Part shown: positions 28,081 through 41,790 of the stretch, in pieces
Layout: each line of letters begins with the position of its first letter
How positions within the stretch are numbered: the stretch's first letter is position 1
Source of the DNA: Chrysomallon squamiferum
Taxonomy: Eukaryota > Animalia > Mollusca
DNA: 64,000 nt
Assembly (NCBI GenBank): GCA_012295275.1
Contig: CM022678.1
Location: 11,718,001 to 11,782,000 of the forward strand
Direction of reading: 5' to 3'
Program-made: the position numbers and the translations under genes
Notes under the pieces: model-generated
Told to the model about the DNA's origin: nothing
What the model saw: only the letters and a program-made list of their open reading frames with translations
Databases searched by the model: none

Positions 28081-29041
28081 ATATATTCATTCAACCGATC
28101 CCATTATCTAAGTTTTCTGTCTGTAGCTATTCAAATTAATGAAGGAGACGTCTTAAAATAAAATGCTTAACAATTCTTTATTATTTATTATTCTTTATAA
28201 ACCAAACAAAACTAGTATCTGCTGTTGCGTATGTAAGTATGTATGTCCGTATGTCTGTGTGAGTTTGCCTGAATGAGTATACGCATAAGTATTTATTGCG
28301 AGAGCGATGAATCGTGAAGCAAGTGAAAGTTTACAACATTTAAAATGCTCCAAACCGGCGAAAATTCTGATCGTTAATGTAATCATATTAAAAGCAGTTA
28401 TAAAGTTTATTAATGGTAAATTTCAGCAGTTTGTGGTACTTACCATTTTTAATTCATATCCTCTTGCAAATCCAAAACTTGTGGTAAAATCCAAAACGAG
28501 AATGAGATTGAACAGTTATTTGTTTCTGCTTGCCACACGGAGAACAGACGAACTATCAATAATTATTTTTAGATCGTAAGAACCCCATGGAAGTGGTCTA
28601 CAGGCCGGACGAATCCAGGCCAATTGGCTTATCATAGACCTCAACTATTTATAGCGCGCACCAGGGGAATTAACTGCAACGTAAATATATTCAGACCCAG
28701 TGGATAGTGACGTTTAAAAAAAAAAAAAAAAGAAAGAAGAACTACGAAATCGGGATTCAACCATTCACGAAAAGGTGAGATAGGTATCGATTGATTCCAG
28801 GCGATGGAAATGCAATTTTCAACTCCACGGAATTAAACTACTCGTCGTTTTTGTAGCGGGCTATCTGATTGGCTGACGGCGCGTAAGATTACAACACTCG
28901 ACAGGAGAGCAGACGAGTCAGTGGTTAATTTTGTGATAAAAATATCACGACTGAGATCGACTCGTTCCGGCACTTTACATCGCAGATGGAATCACCCCTT
29001 TCAGTTAATAATATTTGTATGTTTCTTTGCCTTGATTTAAA

Positions 29042-29102
<61 letters not shown>

Positions 29103-30956
29103 GATATTTTACAGCGAATAACGACTGTACCTCACTTACTGTTACAGCTTTGGAAAGCGAGCAGATTAAAAAGTTTTTATTCAACATCGACATGTTAATG
29201 ACGACAGAAGATGATATGCCGGTAAAAACTAGTTTTACAGCCATTTAAAATTGTATTGAATGTTTAAAAGAAAACTTCACGTTGTTGTTGTTGTTTTGTT
29301 TCTTTGTACTAGTTGTTTTGTTTTGTTTGTTTCTTCGTCATAATCTCATCTTAGTGCTGTATTTCCACCGTTTTGTTCCGTTTTCTGTTTCTTTTTCTTT
29401 TCTTCCATATTTATTTATTTATTGTTGTTGTTCTTTTGTATTTTTCTTGTTTACTTATGAAAGCAACAGAATAAAATCGGAAACAGCTATTTCTATTTCA
29501 GTATAGATTATTTAATTCTTCTAACATAATAAAAATGGCGCAAAATAATTGTATATTTGTTTAGTTTTGAAAAAAAAAAAAAAAAAAAAAAAAATGAAGA
29601 AAGAAATAAAAGTAAAAAATTAATTGCTTGCTTCCTCCGCGAATGTGAATTTATTGTTGTAAGAAAATATAACTTTTTTTTTGTTACAATTGTAATTTTA
29701 TCTTCTGTTGTATGATTAACAGAGAAACAATTATTACAAGGCGGGGGCGGTGGGCGTGTAGGGGGACTGTAGATAATTTGATGCTCTGATATAATAATTA
29801 ATTTTATTATTTATTTGTTTGTTTGTTCGTTTGTTTGTTTTTGTTTTTATTTTTATTTTGTTGATAATTAGTTTTGCTTTAGCGAATTTCTCATGTTTGT
29901 GTTGTAGATGACAATAACCGGAAGCGATCGATATCTTTTTTATTATTATTATTATTTCGAATTTTAATTATAAATGATTAATTTACTGGACATTTTATTA
30001 CACGAGGACAGTAAAACGATGACACTGGCAAATAAACATAAATAAATCCATTAACTCACATTTCACTTACAGAAACACACACACACACACACACGTATAT
30101 TGATATACTGATAAATTCTAAAAAGTATATTTAAATATACGCGCACGCACATGCACACGCCCAAACACATGCATGTGAATATGCTAAGGTTGAAAACAAC
30201 ATCATCATCTACACCATTAACATCATCAGTAGGAGTCGCAACAATAACAACAGTAATAACAAAATCAAACGACATGTTATACCAAAACTACCACCAACAC
30301 GATCGTTTTGATTCTCATTTAACAACTACAGCAGCAGCCACAACAACAACAACAACAACAACAATAATAATAACAATAATGGTGATGATGATGATAATAA
30401 TAATAATAACGACATCAACGACAACGGCAATATATTAAACCAGTGCAACTACCACCAACACGGTCGTTAAGATTATCATTTAATAACTGCAACAGCAGGG
30501 ACAAGAACAACTACCACAACAACAACAACACTAATAATAATGACGACAACGACGACGACGACAACAACATGTATAAGAACATCAAAATCCCCAAGCTTGT
30601 GTTTCTGCCCTGCACTCGCAATTTAGCGGTCACGTGGATCCCCGTGCAAAGCCGCACTGACACGAAACACGCGACTGATGCTAATGTAATAACACTGAGG
30701 GAAATCTGCGCAGAACGCCTCTGCTGATTACAAATATATTGCGTTTGTTTGCGGCTGTCCGCGGTGAACGAGTGCACCAGCCGTAATTACACAGACAGAA
30801 ACACATTTTGCACGAAAATACAAACAAACATTCGATTACTTTTTTTATTTTTATATATATATCGCAATAAGTAAGTGTTATTATTATTACTTCCAGTACT
30901 ATTACAGTTAAAAGAAGAAGAACAACAACTACTACAGTATTCCTACTACTAGTACT

Positions 30957-31430
30957 ATACTACTGCTACAACTACTGTAACTACTACCAATATTATCACT
31001 ACTGCTACAACTACTGTAACTACTACCAATATTATCACTACTGCTACAACTGTTGTAACTACTACCAATATTATCACTACTGCTACAACTATTGTAACTA
31101 CTACCAATATTATCACTACTGCTACAACTACTGTAACTACTACCAATATTATCACTACTGCTACAACTACTGTAACTACTACCAATATTATCACTACTGC
31201 TACAACTACTGTAACTACTACCAATATTATCACTACTGCTACAACTACTGTAACTACTACCAATATTATCACTACTGCTACAACTACTGAAACTACTACC
31301 AATATTATCACTACTGCTACAACTACTGAAACTACTACCAATATTAATACTTACAACTCTGAAACTACTACCAATATTATCACTACTGCTACAACTACTG
31401 TAACTACTACCAATATTATCACTACTGCTA
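30957..31430. repeat. 39-bp minisatellite, ~12 copies
   Basis: Unit ACTACTGCTACAACTACTGTAACTACTACCAATATTATC. Confidence 0.93.
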
Positions 31431-32049
31431 CTAATACTGATACTACTACTACTTCCATTACTGCTACTACTACTACTACTACTAGAACTTTCCAGCCAGC
31501 AGCTTCTCAATTACGTCACAACCAAAAATGATTCACTTACTACGTCACAGATAAATGAAAATCTAGCACGCGCCACTGTTTTCTTTTTGTGAAAACTAGT
31601 TCACCTCTGGTACAAAACCCAACCACAGATAATTCATTAGGCCCACCACCCGCTGCCTTTACACGTGGGGAGCACGAAATTCCCGTCTCTGTGTGTAAAA
31701 ACTTGTGTTTGGTGAAAAGAAAAAGTCAGTAGATCAGACGATTTTCTCTCGTTTTCCTTCTTACCATTATTATGCGTTAGCTCAGTGAGTGAGTGTACCC
31801 AGTCCTGTACACACTTCGTTTCCGTGTACGGGTAAACAGTAAGAGGCAATTAACCTGATTATTGTAATTAGTTCTTTATCTTACAACTTGTTTACAAGTT
31901 CAGCGTACTCTGTAAGACACAGTTCCCTTTTTCTTTGATGCCGGAATGAAAATGTTTTTCTAATTATCTACTAAATGTGTAACCAGTCAAATGATGATAA
32001 CATGTGAAAGATGATACAATGGTTTAATAAGCTATTTTTTCCATTAACG

Positions 32050-32100
<51 letters not shown>

Positions 32101-34559
32101 TGTCAGTTTCCCTAGTGTAGTTGTCGTAGTTGTTGTGGTACAGTAAAAGTGGACACGACAACTATATTAATCAGTTAAAAAAAGGTGAAAAAAAATTGTG
32201 CTTTTACAGATGGTTTTTGAAAACCCATATAAATGAAACATTTTAGTGTGCAGAAAATATTATTGATTTTATTTCCTTTTTTGATTTTACTTTGTTTTCC
32301 TTCCTGTTTCAGAATTCTAATAATAATTCTTAAAGCCTCTTTCTGTTAGGTTTTATTTTTGCTTTATTTTTTTTCTTAATATATATATATGTTTCTGTGT
32401 ATGAGGGGGGTGTTTAACCTCTACAACACTATTATTACATCTAGTACTGTAAGGACTATTACTGCTACTACTACTACTAGCAGGACTACAACAACAGCAC
32501 CAACTACTAATATTGCTGCTATTTATAATCATCATCATCATCATTTGCATACATCTATTTTTTAAAACATTAATTTAATTATTTTGTTTTTAATTGATTC
32601 CATTCCATCGTTCTCGCTTCACATCTGGTCTTTGCCTTTAATAAAAATCTGTTACATAATTTTTTTAAGAGAAAAAAAATCCCTTAGCACCGAAGTACCA
32701 GTCAAAACATAAACATTACAATCCCGTTGATTGAAGCGGTAAGTGCGTTCGGTGGCCAGTCGTGTTCTGTAGTAAGTAAATTCCACCGGAGCACCACGGA
32801 GCGCTGATTTTGTGACAAGAAGACGTAAAGTGCAGTAACTGGCGGGTTTTCCTGCACCTGTAAGTTTACTGGTTTATAAAACAACGCGCGAGTTTGATAA
32901 ACATGGAGCACGCCGCGGGTAACTCACTTTACAACCTTCAGATGGCGCTGCTGAATGACGTAGAACAAAAACTTTCATCGAGGTTTGCTGGCGATTGTTG
33001 TAATATTTGTGTCAGAAATGAAAAATTGCTTCTTTCGTTTGCGAAATGCAGACGTTGTAGAGTGCGCAGTTGCCTCTGCTGTAACTGATCCACGCCTTGA
33101 AATACTCTACACACAACCACACACACACACACACGTACACACATACAAACATACACGTACACACATACACACACACACGTACACACCTAACCACATACAC
33201 ACACACGTACACACACACACATACAGATACACATAAACACACACACACGTACACACATACAAACATACACGTACACACACACACACAAGTACACACATAC
33301 AAACATACAGATACACATAAACACATACCTACACACAAAAACATGCATATATATATATATATACAAACATACACATACATCTGTATATAAACCCACATAT
33401 ACATTCACATGCATCCCCAAATAAATGTTGAAAGAGCATACCGAAAACTACAACAGCAATAATAATAACAGCAACAACAACAATAGCAAAGACAACAATA
33501 ATAGTAGCACGAATAATAATAATAAAAATAACATTAACAATAGAAATAAAAATAATAATAATAAGGAGAAGACGAAGAAGAAGAAAAGATGATGATATTA
33601 ATGAATAACATCAAGAAAATTAATTTCATATATATATATATGAATCTATGTCCTTATGAAAATTACGTACATATGTAAATAATTACATACGCACGAACGC
33701 ACACACGCACGCACGCACGCGGTTATCTGTTTATTTACTCACTCGCAAGAGAGCAGACAATCTGACCAGACGTCAGCTGAAGTCTCACACTTTCTCGCGT
33801 TCTCTCGCCGTTCGTCATCGCTGAGTTTATCAAACCTTTCCAGCGTTTAACGTTCAAAACGTGCAGCTTTCACACAACGCACACATTGTTGCTAAGTCAG
33901 TGCGCGATACAATCTTTACACGTGTTGCGGTTAATGACCTTTAGTGAAAAAAAAAAAAAAGGGGAAGAAGAAGAAGAAAAAGAGAAAAATAAAACGATTG
34001 GCAGGAATTCGACAGAAGAACGAGAGAAATCTACTTGTTAATTAATGGACGCTTTAATATGTCGTAACTTTTATTGTGTCTAATTCAGCAACTGCAAAAC
34101 TATAATAATAATATTATAATTGTTATTATTATTATTTTTTTGTTTATACTTTGAAAAATGTTCTTACAGTTGAAACCCAGAGGCTAATCTACATCCGCTC
34201 TCTTGTTAAAATGTTGTTGTTTTTTTTTTTTTTTTTTTTTTTTTTATTATTTTTTTTTTTTCAAGCAAGAAGTTTTTTAATCTCAAAAAGCGTTTTTTAA
34301 CTGCTGATGTCTGTGTTAATTATCATGAGTAGTAAATTTTTAGCTTTTAGCGACTATATTAAGGAAAAAGAAAAAAAAAGAAGATAATAAAACCTAACAG
34401 GAAGAAAACGTCTTTAAGAATACTTTTAGAATTGTGAAACATGAAGTAAAACAAAACAAAACAAAAAGAAAAAGAAAATTAAGTCAATAATATTTCTTGC
34501 ACACTAAAATGTTTTATCACAGTTTTCAAAAACCATCTAAAAAAGTACCGCAACAAGAA

Positions 34560-35137
34560 CAATAACATCAACAACAACAGCAACATCTACTACTATTACC
34601 TCTGCTGCTACTACTACTATTACTACTGTTATTATTATTATATCAAATGTTACAGCTACAACTACCACTACTACTACAACTACCATACCTACTACAACTA
34701 CAACTATCACTAATACTACAACTACAAAAACTACTACTGTTACTACCACCACCACTGCTACTACAACTACTACTACTGCTACTACATCAACAACTACTAC
34801 TACAGTTATAACTACGACTACTACTATTACTACAACCACAATTATTACTACTACAACAATAACAACTGCCTCTGCAACTCTTACTATTACAATTACTATT
34901 ATTATTACTACTGCTACTATTGCTACTACCACCTCTATTACTACTACAACTACTATTATTAGTATTGGTACTATTACTTTTACCACTACCACTACCACTA
35001 CTACTACTACTACTATTACAGCAACTTCTACTACTACAACCACTACTACTACTACTTCTACTACTACTACTGTTACTACTACTAAAATTACTAACTCAGC
35101 AACAACAACAACAACTACTACTTCTACTACTACTACA
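34560..35137. repeat. Degenerate (ACT)n low-complexity tract
   Basis: Directly visible; source of the poly-Val and poly-Leu ORFs. Confidence 0.85.
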
Positions 35138-35459
35138 GACTGAATTTTTAACACACTATCAGCCATCTGACGCAGTTCTTGCAATCGTCAAAACTGGAGT
35201 CACGTGATCTGTAATGAGAAGATCGCGTGCTGTAAACGAGGTTGCTAGAAACCAGATGTTGTTTTATAGTTGCTGTCTGCTCAGGTGTCTGAAATACGCG
35301 AATCAGCTCAAATTAAGTACACTTGCAATAGCATGAAACACAGATACGAACGGATGAATAGATGAAATCATTTTATTGAGATTTAAAACAGAGACAAAAA
35401 GGAAGAAGAAGAAGCAGAAGAAAAATAGGAAAAGGTGTGTGTGGGGGAACATAGCAAGG

Positions 35460-35510
35460 AAAAGAAAAGAAAAGAAAAGAAAAGAAAAGAAAAGAAAAGA
35501 AAAGAAAAGA
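35460..35510 (-). terminator. (TTTTC)n tract directly 3' of the tRNA giving serial Pol III T4 terminators
   Basis: (GAAAA)n on + strand starts a few nt after the tRNA 3' end on the minus strand. Confidence 0.7.
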
Positions 35511-35513
35511 ATT

Positions 35514-35586
35514 CGAGCTTGCCAGGATTCGAACCTGGAATCTTCTGATCCGTAGTCAGACGCGTTATCCATTGCGCCACAAGCCC
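35514..35586 (-). tRNA. trnR-ACG: tRNA-Arg, anticodon ACG (73 nt, intronless)
   Basis: Minus strand GGGCTTGTGGCGCAATGGATAACGCGTCTGACTACGGATCAGAAGATTCCAGGTTCGAATCCTGGCAAGCTCG: full cloverleaf, A and B boxes, anticodon loop CT-ACG-GA. Confidence 0.97.
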
Positions 35587-35616
35587 CTTCGTACAAACCT
35601 TTCCTTGGTTTCTTTT

Positions 35617-35672
<56 letters not shown>

Positions 35673-37335
35673 TATCTTATTCTGTAAGCTGACATTTTTC
35701 TTTATTTCTTTTTTTCTTCTTTTTTTTTTCTTTTATTCCTGCTCAAAAAAAAAAAAAAAAAAAAAAAAGCATCCACAAAAACAAAAACTTAAATGTCAGA
35801 GAAAATGTCAGCGTGAGCTAACTGACAGTTCACAGCTTTATGATGATGACGACCATGGCAATATTGACGATGTTGATGACGACGACGACGACGATGTTGA
35901 TGGTTGTGAAATCGACGATGAAAAGACGTGTACAAATATTTCAATCTGGAAGGGATTCGTACGTAATCAAGGACTGTAATTTGTTGTTGATGATGATGAT
36001 AATGATGATGATGGGAAGACATTTTACTGAATAATGAGGATTATTTATCAGCAAATTGTTAACTGATGAATATTTATGGGAAGATCGAAACAACGACCGA
36101 GAAAAAAGAAGAACAACAAGTATTTATTCATTCATTTATTTATTCATTCATTTATTTGCTTGTTTATTTGGGGTTTTTTTTTTTTTTATTAGCTTGTTTA
36201 CTTGTTTGTTTATTTATTTGTTATTTATTTATTTATTTTATGGTTATTTATTTATTTGTTTGTTTGTTTGCTTATTTATTTGTTCTTGTTTTTTTTTTAT
36301 TTATCTATTTGTTTATTTGTTTATTTATTATCTATTTATTTATTTTATGTTTATTTATTTATTTATTTATTTGTTTGTTTACGTATTTATTTATTTAGTT
36401 TTTTAAATTTATTTATCTATTTGTTTATTTGTTTATTTATCTATTTATTTGTTTGTCTTGAGAACAGCTTTGACAAAATTTGACCTGGTTGAATCGTAAG
36501 TACCAACAACACTACTAGTACTGGTACTACTACTACTGCTACTGCTACTAGGACTAGTACTGCTACTACTACTACTACTGCTGCAGTTACTACTATTTAC
36601 TATTACTATTACTGCTGCTATTGCTAGAACAACTAGTACAGCTATTACTATTATTTCTACCAGTGCTACAACTACTACTATTACTATTACTACTACTACT
36701 GCTACTACTACTACTACCATAGCTGCTACTAACACTAGCATTACTACTACTATTGTTACTATTATTATTATTATTATTGTTAGTGTTATAGATAGTGTAT
36801 ACGTACATATGTGTGTACACATACACACATGCATGCACACATATACACACATGCATGCACACATATACACACATGAAACAATGAATATGGGATCAGCAGA
36901 AGGGAGATAACTTGGGTATTACTCTATTTCAATTTCGTACAAGTTAACTAGAATTATTGTCAAGAATAATAATACAAAAGAGATAAGGATGATGAAAAAA
37001 ATGATGATGGTAATGACAGTATTGATGCTGCTGCTGATGATGATGAAAAAGAGGAAGAATAACGGTAATAAAATGATGATGATGATGGCGTTTTTCAAAT
37101 CAATTTCTCTCTGTCTGAATAATCTACAGAAGAAAAGTAACATTCACACAATGTATGTGTGTCTACCTTTATTAACAAATTAATTAATTAATTAAAAACA
37201 AAGACGAATCAATTCAGTACTCGCTTTTTTTATTGTTTTTATTAATACCAATGATAAGAAAATAGCAAAAATAACAACAACATCATATTAACAAAACAAA
37301 TATATTTCAAAACATTATTATTATTATTATTATTA

Positions 37336-37376
<41 letters not shown>

Positions 37377-37854
37377 TACTATTATTATTATCGTTGTTGT
37401 TGTTGTTATTATTATTAGTAGTAGTATTAGTATTTATTTATTAATCATTATCATCATCATCATCATCATCATCATTATTATTATTATTACTATGATTTCT
37501 AGAAAGAATGTGCGTCCAAAATTGACAACGTTTTCTTTATGTTTTAACAAATGTCTGGTTTTTATTCAGCTTCCATTTACATCTGTCAACTTAGAAATAC
37601 TTTAATTTGATCTATAACTTTGAGATTCATAAGATGTTAAAATTGATTGTTTATATTTATAAGAAAATAAAATGAGCTAAATAAATAAATAAATAAATAA
37701 AATTCAGTCTCCTGAAAATTCGCAGAATGGCTGCTTGAGAACGTCCGGCATAAACCCTGCGTACGTGCGTTGGTGGATTTAATTATATGACCACGTTCTT
37801 TCTTTGTGTTATGAGTCCATTAAATAAATAAATAGACAAACAAACGAACAAGTA

Positions 37855-38195
37855 AACAAGTATATATAATTCAAATATTCAAATACTTATGAAACTTAAA
37901 TATACTAATTATTATTATAAAAATATTTACAGAGACAGAAATATTCAGTATAGTTTGCCTGATTTACTTTTATTGCCATCCGAGGATCAGCTTAGACAAA
38001 CCGATCCAATGAAATAAAAGTGTTATTTGTGATATGAGAGTGCGCACATTATTTTGGAGGAAAATAATAAAGTAAACAAGCCATTGTTGAACAAAGGGGA
38101 GATAAACCACATAATTGCCATTACAACTGGACGTTGAACAAGTTTTTCGTGTACATGTTAGAAATGAATGGAAGATAATCTTTAAAACATTGCTT
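37855..38195 (+). promoter_or_regulatory. Putative promoter and first exon of ZNF gene A (paralogous module 1)
   Basis: Alignable to 44465-44723 and 62010-62250; conserved AGTGCGC..TTATTTTG.AGGAAAA; GGGAGATAA and AAATGAATGGAA shared with module 2; donor GTAAGT at 38196. Confidence 0.6.
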
Positions 38196-38767
38196 GTAAG
38201 TTGAAATAATAATTTATAGCGGAGTACTGCTACTATTTGAAGTCTGTTTTGAGAAAAATAGAACTAGCCATACAATTGATAGCATTGTAACGACTGTTAC
38301 AGTGTACTCGGTTTGTTTATCTTTTTTTTTTCTTCTTCATGTCGTAAAGACTTGGGTTTAACGGTTGCCGTAGTCTTGTTACTTTTTATTTAAGGTCGCA
38401 TAAAATTGATTAACACATTTTCAGTAAAACGACAATAAAGAAATAAAATAAAACTAGTTCAAAGATAAACGCCGAACCTATTTTATAAACTAGTTTCTCC
38501 AGTCGACTGAAGGCAACGGATATATCCCAAATTCATCATACACCATTGATCTTCACATGTAGATTTTGAATTTGAAAGTATGTCTTACGTTGAACCTAAA
38601 TTTGTAAAAGCTCAAATTCTGCATCCAGGTAATAATGTAGATTTTCATCATTTTGAAGTCTTGTCAAACAAAGCTGAAAGTCTACTGATATATTCTCTAC
38701 ATATATAATTATATTTTGTTTCTCTTTTTTTTTTTTTTTTAAAATTATTTTCTTTTTTCTTTTTCAG

Positions 38768-38840
38768 TCCATTGAAGACCAATTAATTGAATTTTTCTTG
38801 TATTTACGGAGCATCCAGACTTAGTTCAGACAAGTCCAAG
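38768..38840 (+). other. Putative small exon 2 of ZNF gene A
   Basis: Strong polypyrimidine tract plus CAG acceptor, AAG/GTATTT donor; homologues at 45597, 48628, 52797, 57223. Confidence 0.65.
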
Positions 38841-39221
38841 GTATTTAGCAATTTCAGTTTCTTTATCATATGTGAATTTAAAGGTTCATCTGTAAAATTG
38901 CAGGAGAATATTCTGATAGAAAGTTTTTACTATTTCCTGTTGAAATCAATAAAAACAAATATTAGTAACTGGAATAAGTTAATACAAAAATGTTATCAGT
39001 AATGGAGAAACCTTTAAAAAAAACATCCACACCTTTTTTCATTCTTCTAATTTAAATTCATCAGAGAATACAATCAGTGCGTTATTAATTACAAATGTAA
39101 ATACATTTGCAAAACAGCTAAACAAAGTAACACATCAATAATTTCTTATATGAAAGTAATTTACCTTTCTGCTTATTTATAGGGATTTCATTTCCTTCTA
39201 ATCAAAGTGTACACTATATTC

Positions 39222-39660
39222 CAAATACACTATATTCCACTATCAAATATAATATCAAACAGTACTAGTAGAACACAAATACACTATATTCCACTATCAA
39301 ATATAAACAAACAAATACACTATATTCCACTATCAAATATAACATCAAACAGTACTAGTAGAACACAAATACACTATATTCCACTATCAAATATAACATC
39401 AAACAGTACTAGTAGAACACAAATACATTATATTCCACTATCAAATATAACATCAAACAGTACTAGTAGAACACAAATACACTATATTCCACTATCAAAT
39501 ATAACATCAAACAGTACTAGTAGAACACAAATACACTATATTCCACTATCAAATATAACATCAAACAGTACTAGTAGAACACAAATACACTATATTCCAC
39601 TATCAAATATAACATCAAACAGTACTAGTAGAACACAAATACACTATATTCCACTATTGA
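39222..39660. repeat. 54-bp minisatellite, ~8 copies, intronic
   Basis: Unit CAAATACACTATATTCCACTATCAAATATAACATCAAACAGTACTAGTAGAACA. Confidence 0.93.
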
Positions 39661-40809
39661 ATATAGCATTAAATAGTAGAACATTAACACACTATCATAT
39701 TATGAAAGAATTAACAAAATTAATTTTAAGTTTGAAAGTGAAATCTTTTTGATTATGTAATTAGTGTTTTTATAGTAATGATAAACAACATGAACAAATT
39801 TAGATAGTAATAGTTTTAGCTTAATATGTGTTTTAGGATTTCAGTTAGACAATATGATGACAGAACCTGTCAGTTTTATAACTTTATATCTAAATAACCG
39901 ACATGTCAGCTGTTTGGTCCTTTTATTTAAATTGTCAACAGTGACTGTGTCACCAGTGTTTGAATGTTCAGTTGGAAGTGGACTGAAGTTGTATATTTTT
40001 GTAACACGTTCATCATCATTAATCTACAGTTGTGTACTGATCTTGGGCAAAAGACTGAACATGTTTTCACGTCATTGTGTCTTGTGCTGTCATTTGACAT
40101 AAAAATTACCATCCTGTACTTAACCACTTCATCCCTGCATTATCTCAGTGCTCTTCCTTTAGATTGCTTCCATTAACTAGGTAATATGCTATGACATTTC
40201 TTATCTTGTGTTCTTTTGATGTAGAACGATAGGTCCAGTTTGTCTACTGATCATGTTATAAATTACATGTTAAAATGTAGGATTTGATAAGTTTCAAGTA
40301 TAATAAATTTGTAAGTCAATTGAAACTGTTATTTAAAATTATCTACTTTAATAAAATATACTAATGGAAATATTATCTTTCTGTTGCATTAGCTTGTGTA
40401 TTTTTATATTGACAGAATGGGAAAAAGAAGAAGTTAGAATTACAGTTACAGATGTTGATGAAATTGAGATTAAAACGTGAATTGAGAAAAGAAAATCTAT
40501 TTCCTCAGAGTTCCAGACTGACATATTTTACTGAACGATTACTTTACACTTAAACACAGTTAACTGATTCTGCATTTTACATCACTGTAATATTCTTTAA
40601 AAAGAACTCTGATTTGAAACTTTATAGTAAAATGTAATTATATTAGTCATGATAACCTAAGGAAATCTTCTGTTCCTGTTAACAAAATCTGTGGGAATTT
40701 TGTTGTAAAATGTAGTCATTGTAGTTATGGGAACCTACTGAAACCTAGTTTAAATGTGAAATCTGATATGATTTTCCAAAAAAACAAAAAAAGAAGAAGA
40801 AAAAATAAT

Positions 40810-41535
40810 ATGGCAATTCACAGTGATGGAAAGCTATTCAGCATCAAGACATGTGAAAAACCTTTCAAATGTGAAGTTTGTGCAAAATGTTTCTCATGGT
40901 CTTCAGCTCTAAAAACTCATGTGAAGATCCATACTGGTGAGAAAATGTTTAAATGTGAAGTTTGTGCAAAATGTTTCTCAGGGTATTCAGATCTAAAAAC
41001 TCACATGATGATCCATACTGGTCAAAAACCTTTCAAATGTGAAGTTTGTGCAAAATATTTCTCAAAGAGTTCAACTCTAACAATTCACATGATGATCCAT
41101 ACTGGTCAAAAACCTTTTAAATGTGAGGTTTGTGCAAAATGTTTCTCACAGAAAGCAACTCTAAAAACTCATATGTATATACACACTGGTCAAAAACCTT
41201 TTAAATGTGAGGTTTGTGCAAAATGTTTCTCACAGAATTCAACTCTAAAAACTCATGTGAAGATCCATACTGGTGAGAAAACTTTTAAATGTGAGGTTTG
41301 TGCAAAATGTTTCTCACAGAGGTCAACTCTAAAAAATCATATGAACATACACACTGGTCAGAAACCTAAAATTAAATGTGAGGTTTGTGCAAAATGTTTC
41401 TCACAACATGCAGGTGTAAGACTTCATATGAGGGTCCACACTGGAGAGAAACCTTTTAAATGTGAAGTTTGTGCAAAATGTTTCTCACAGAGTTCAATAC
41501 TAGAAAGACATATGAAAACACATACTGGAGAATAA
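40810..41535 (+). CDS. C2H2 (Kruppel-type) zinc-finger protein A, 8 tandem fingers, no recognisable effector domain; alternative ATG at 40768
   Basis: Repeated [13 protein letters not shown]...HTG(E/Q)KP; ATG 40810 aligns with paralog starts; exon acceptor at 40415. Confidence 0.88.
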   Translation: MAIHSDGKLFSIKTCEKPFKCEVCAKCFSWSSALKTHVKIHTGEKMFKCEVCAKCFSGYSDLKTHMMIHTGQKPFKCEVCAKYFSKSSTLTIHMMIHTGQKPFKCEVCAKCFSQKATLKTHMYIHTGQKPFKCEVCAKCFSQNSTLKTHVKIHTGEKTFKCEVCAKCFSQRSTLKNHMNIHTGQKPKIKCEVCAKCFSQHAGVRLHMRVHTGEKPFKCEVCAKCFSQSSILERHMKTHTGE

Positions 41536-41790
41536 TCTTTTAAATGTGAGGTTTGTGGAACATTCTTCTCACAGAGTCTGAAAAGACTTGTAATCATCCA
41601 CACTGGTGAGAAACTTTGATTTGTGAGGTTTGTGGAAATTGTTTTATCTTGACATGAAGATGTAAAATGTCATTCAAAGGTCCATACTGGAGAGAAACCT
41701 TTCAGTGTTTGAGTTTAAAACATCATGTGAGTGTTGATACTGGGGAGAAATCTGAGGTTTGTGAAAAATCATTCTCAAACAGTTTTTAAT
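41536..41790 (+). pseudogene. ~3 decayed zinc fingers downstream of the gene A stop
   Basis: TAA replaces the Lys of TGEK; followed by tttaaatgtgaggtttgtgga..cacactggtgagaaa with stops and indels. Confidence 0.8.

Noticed and set aside
32894-33088. Cys-rich 64-aa ORF with AAACATGG context
   Set aside because: Cys spacing fits no family I recognise; nearby TATA is too close to include the ATG in a transcript
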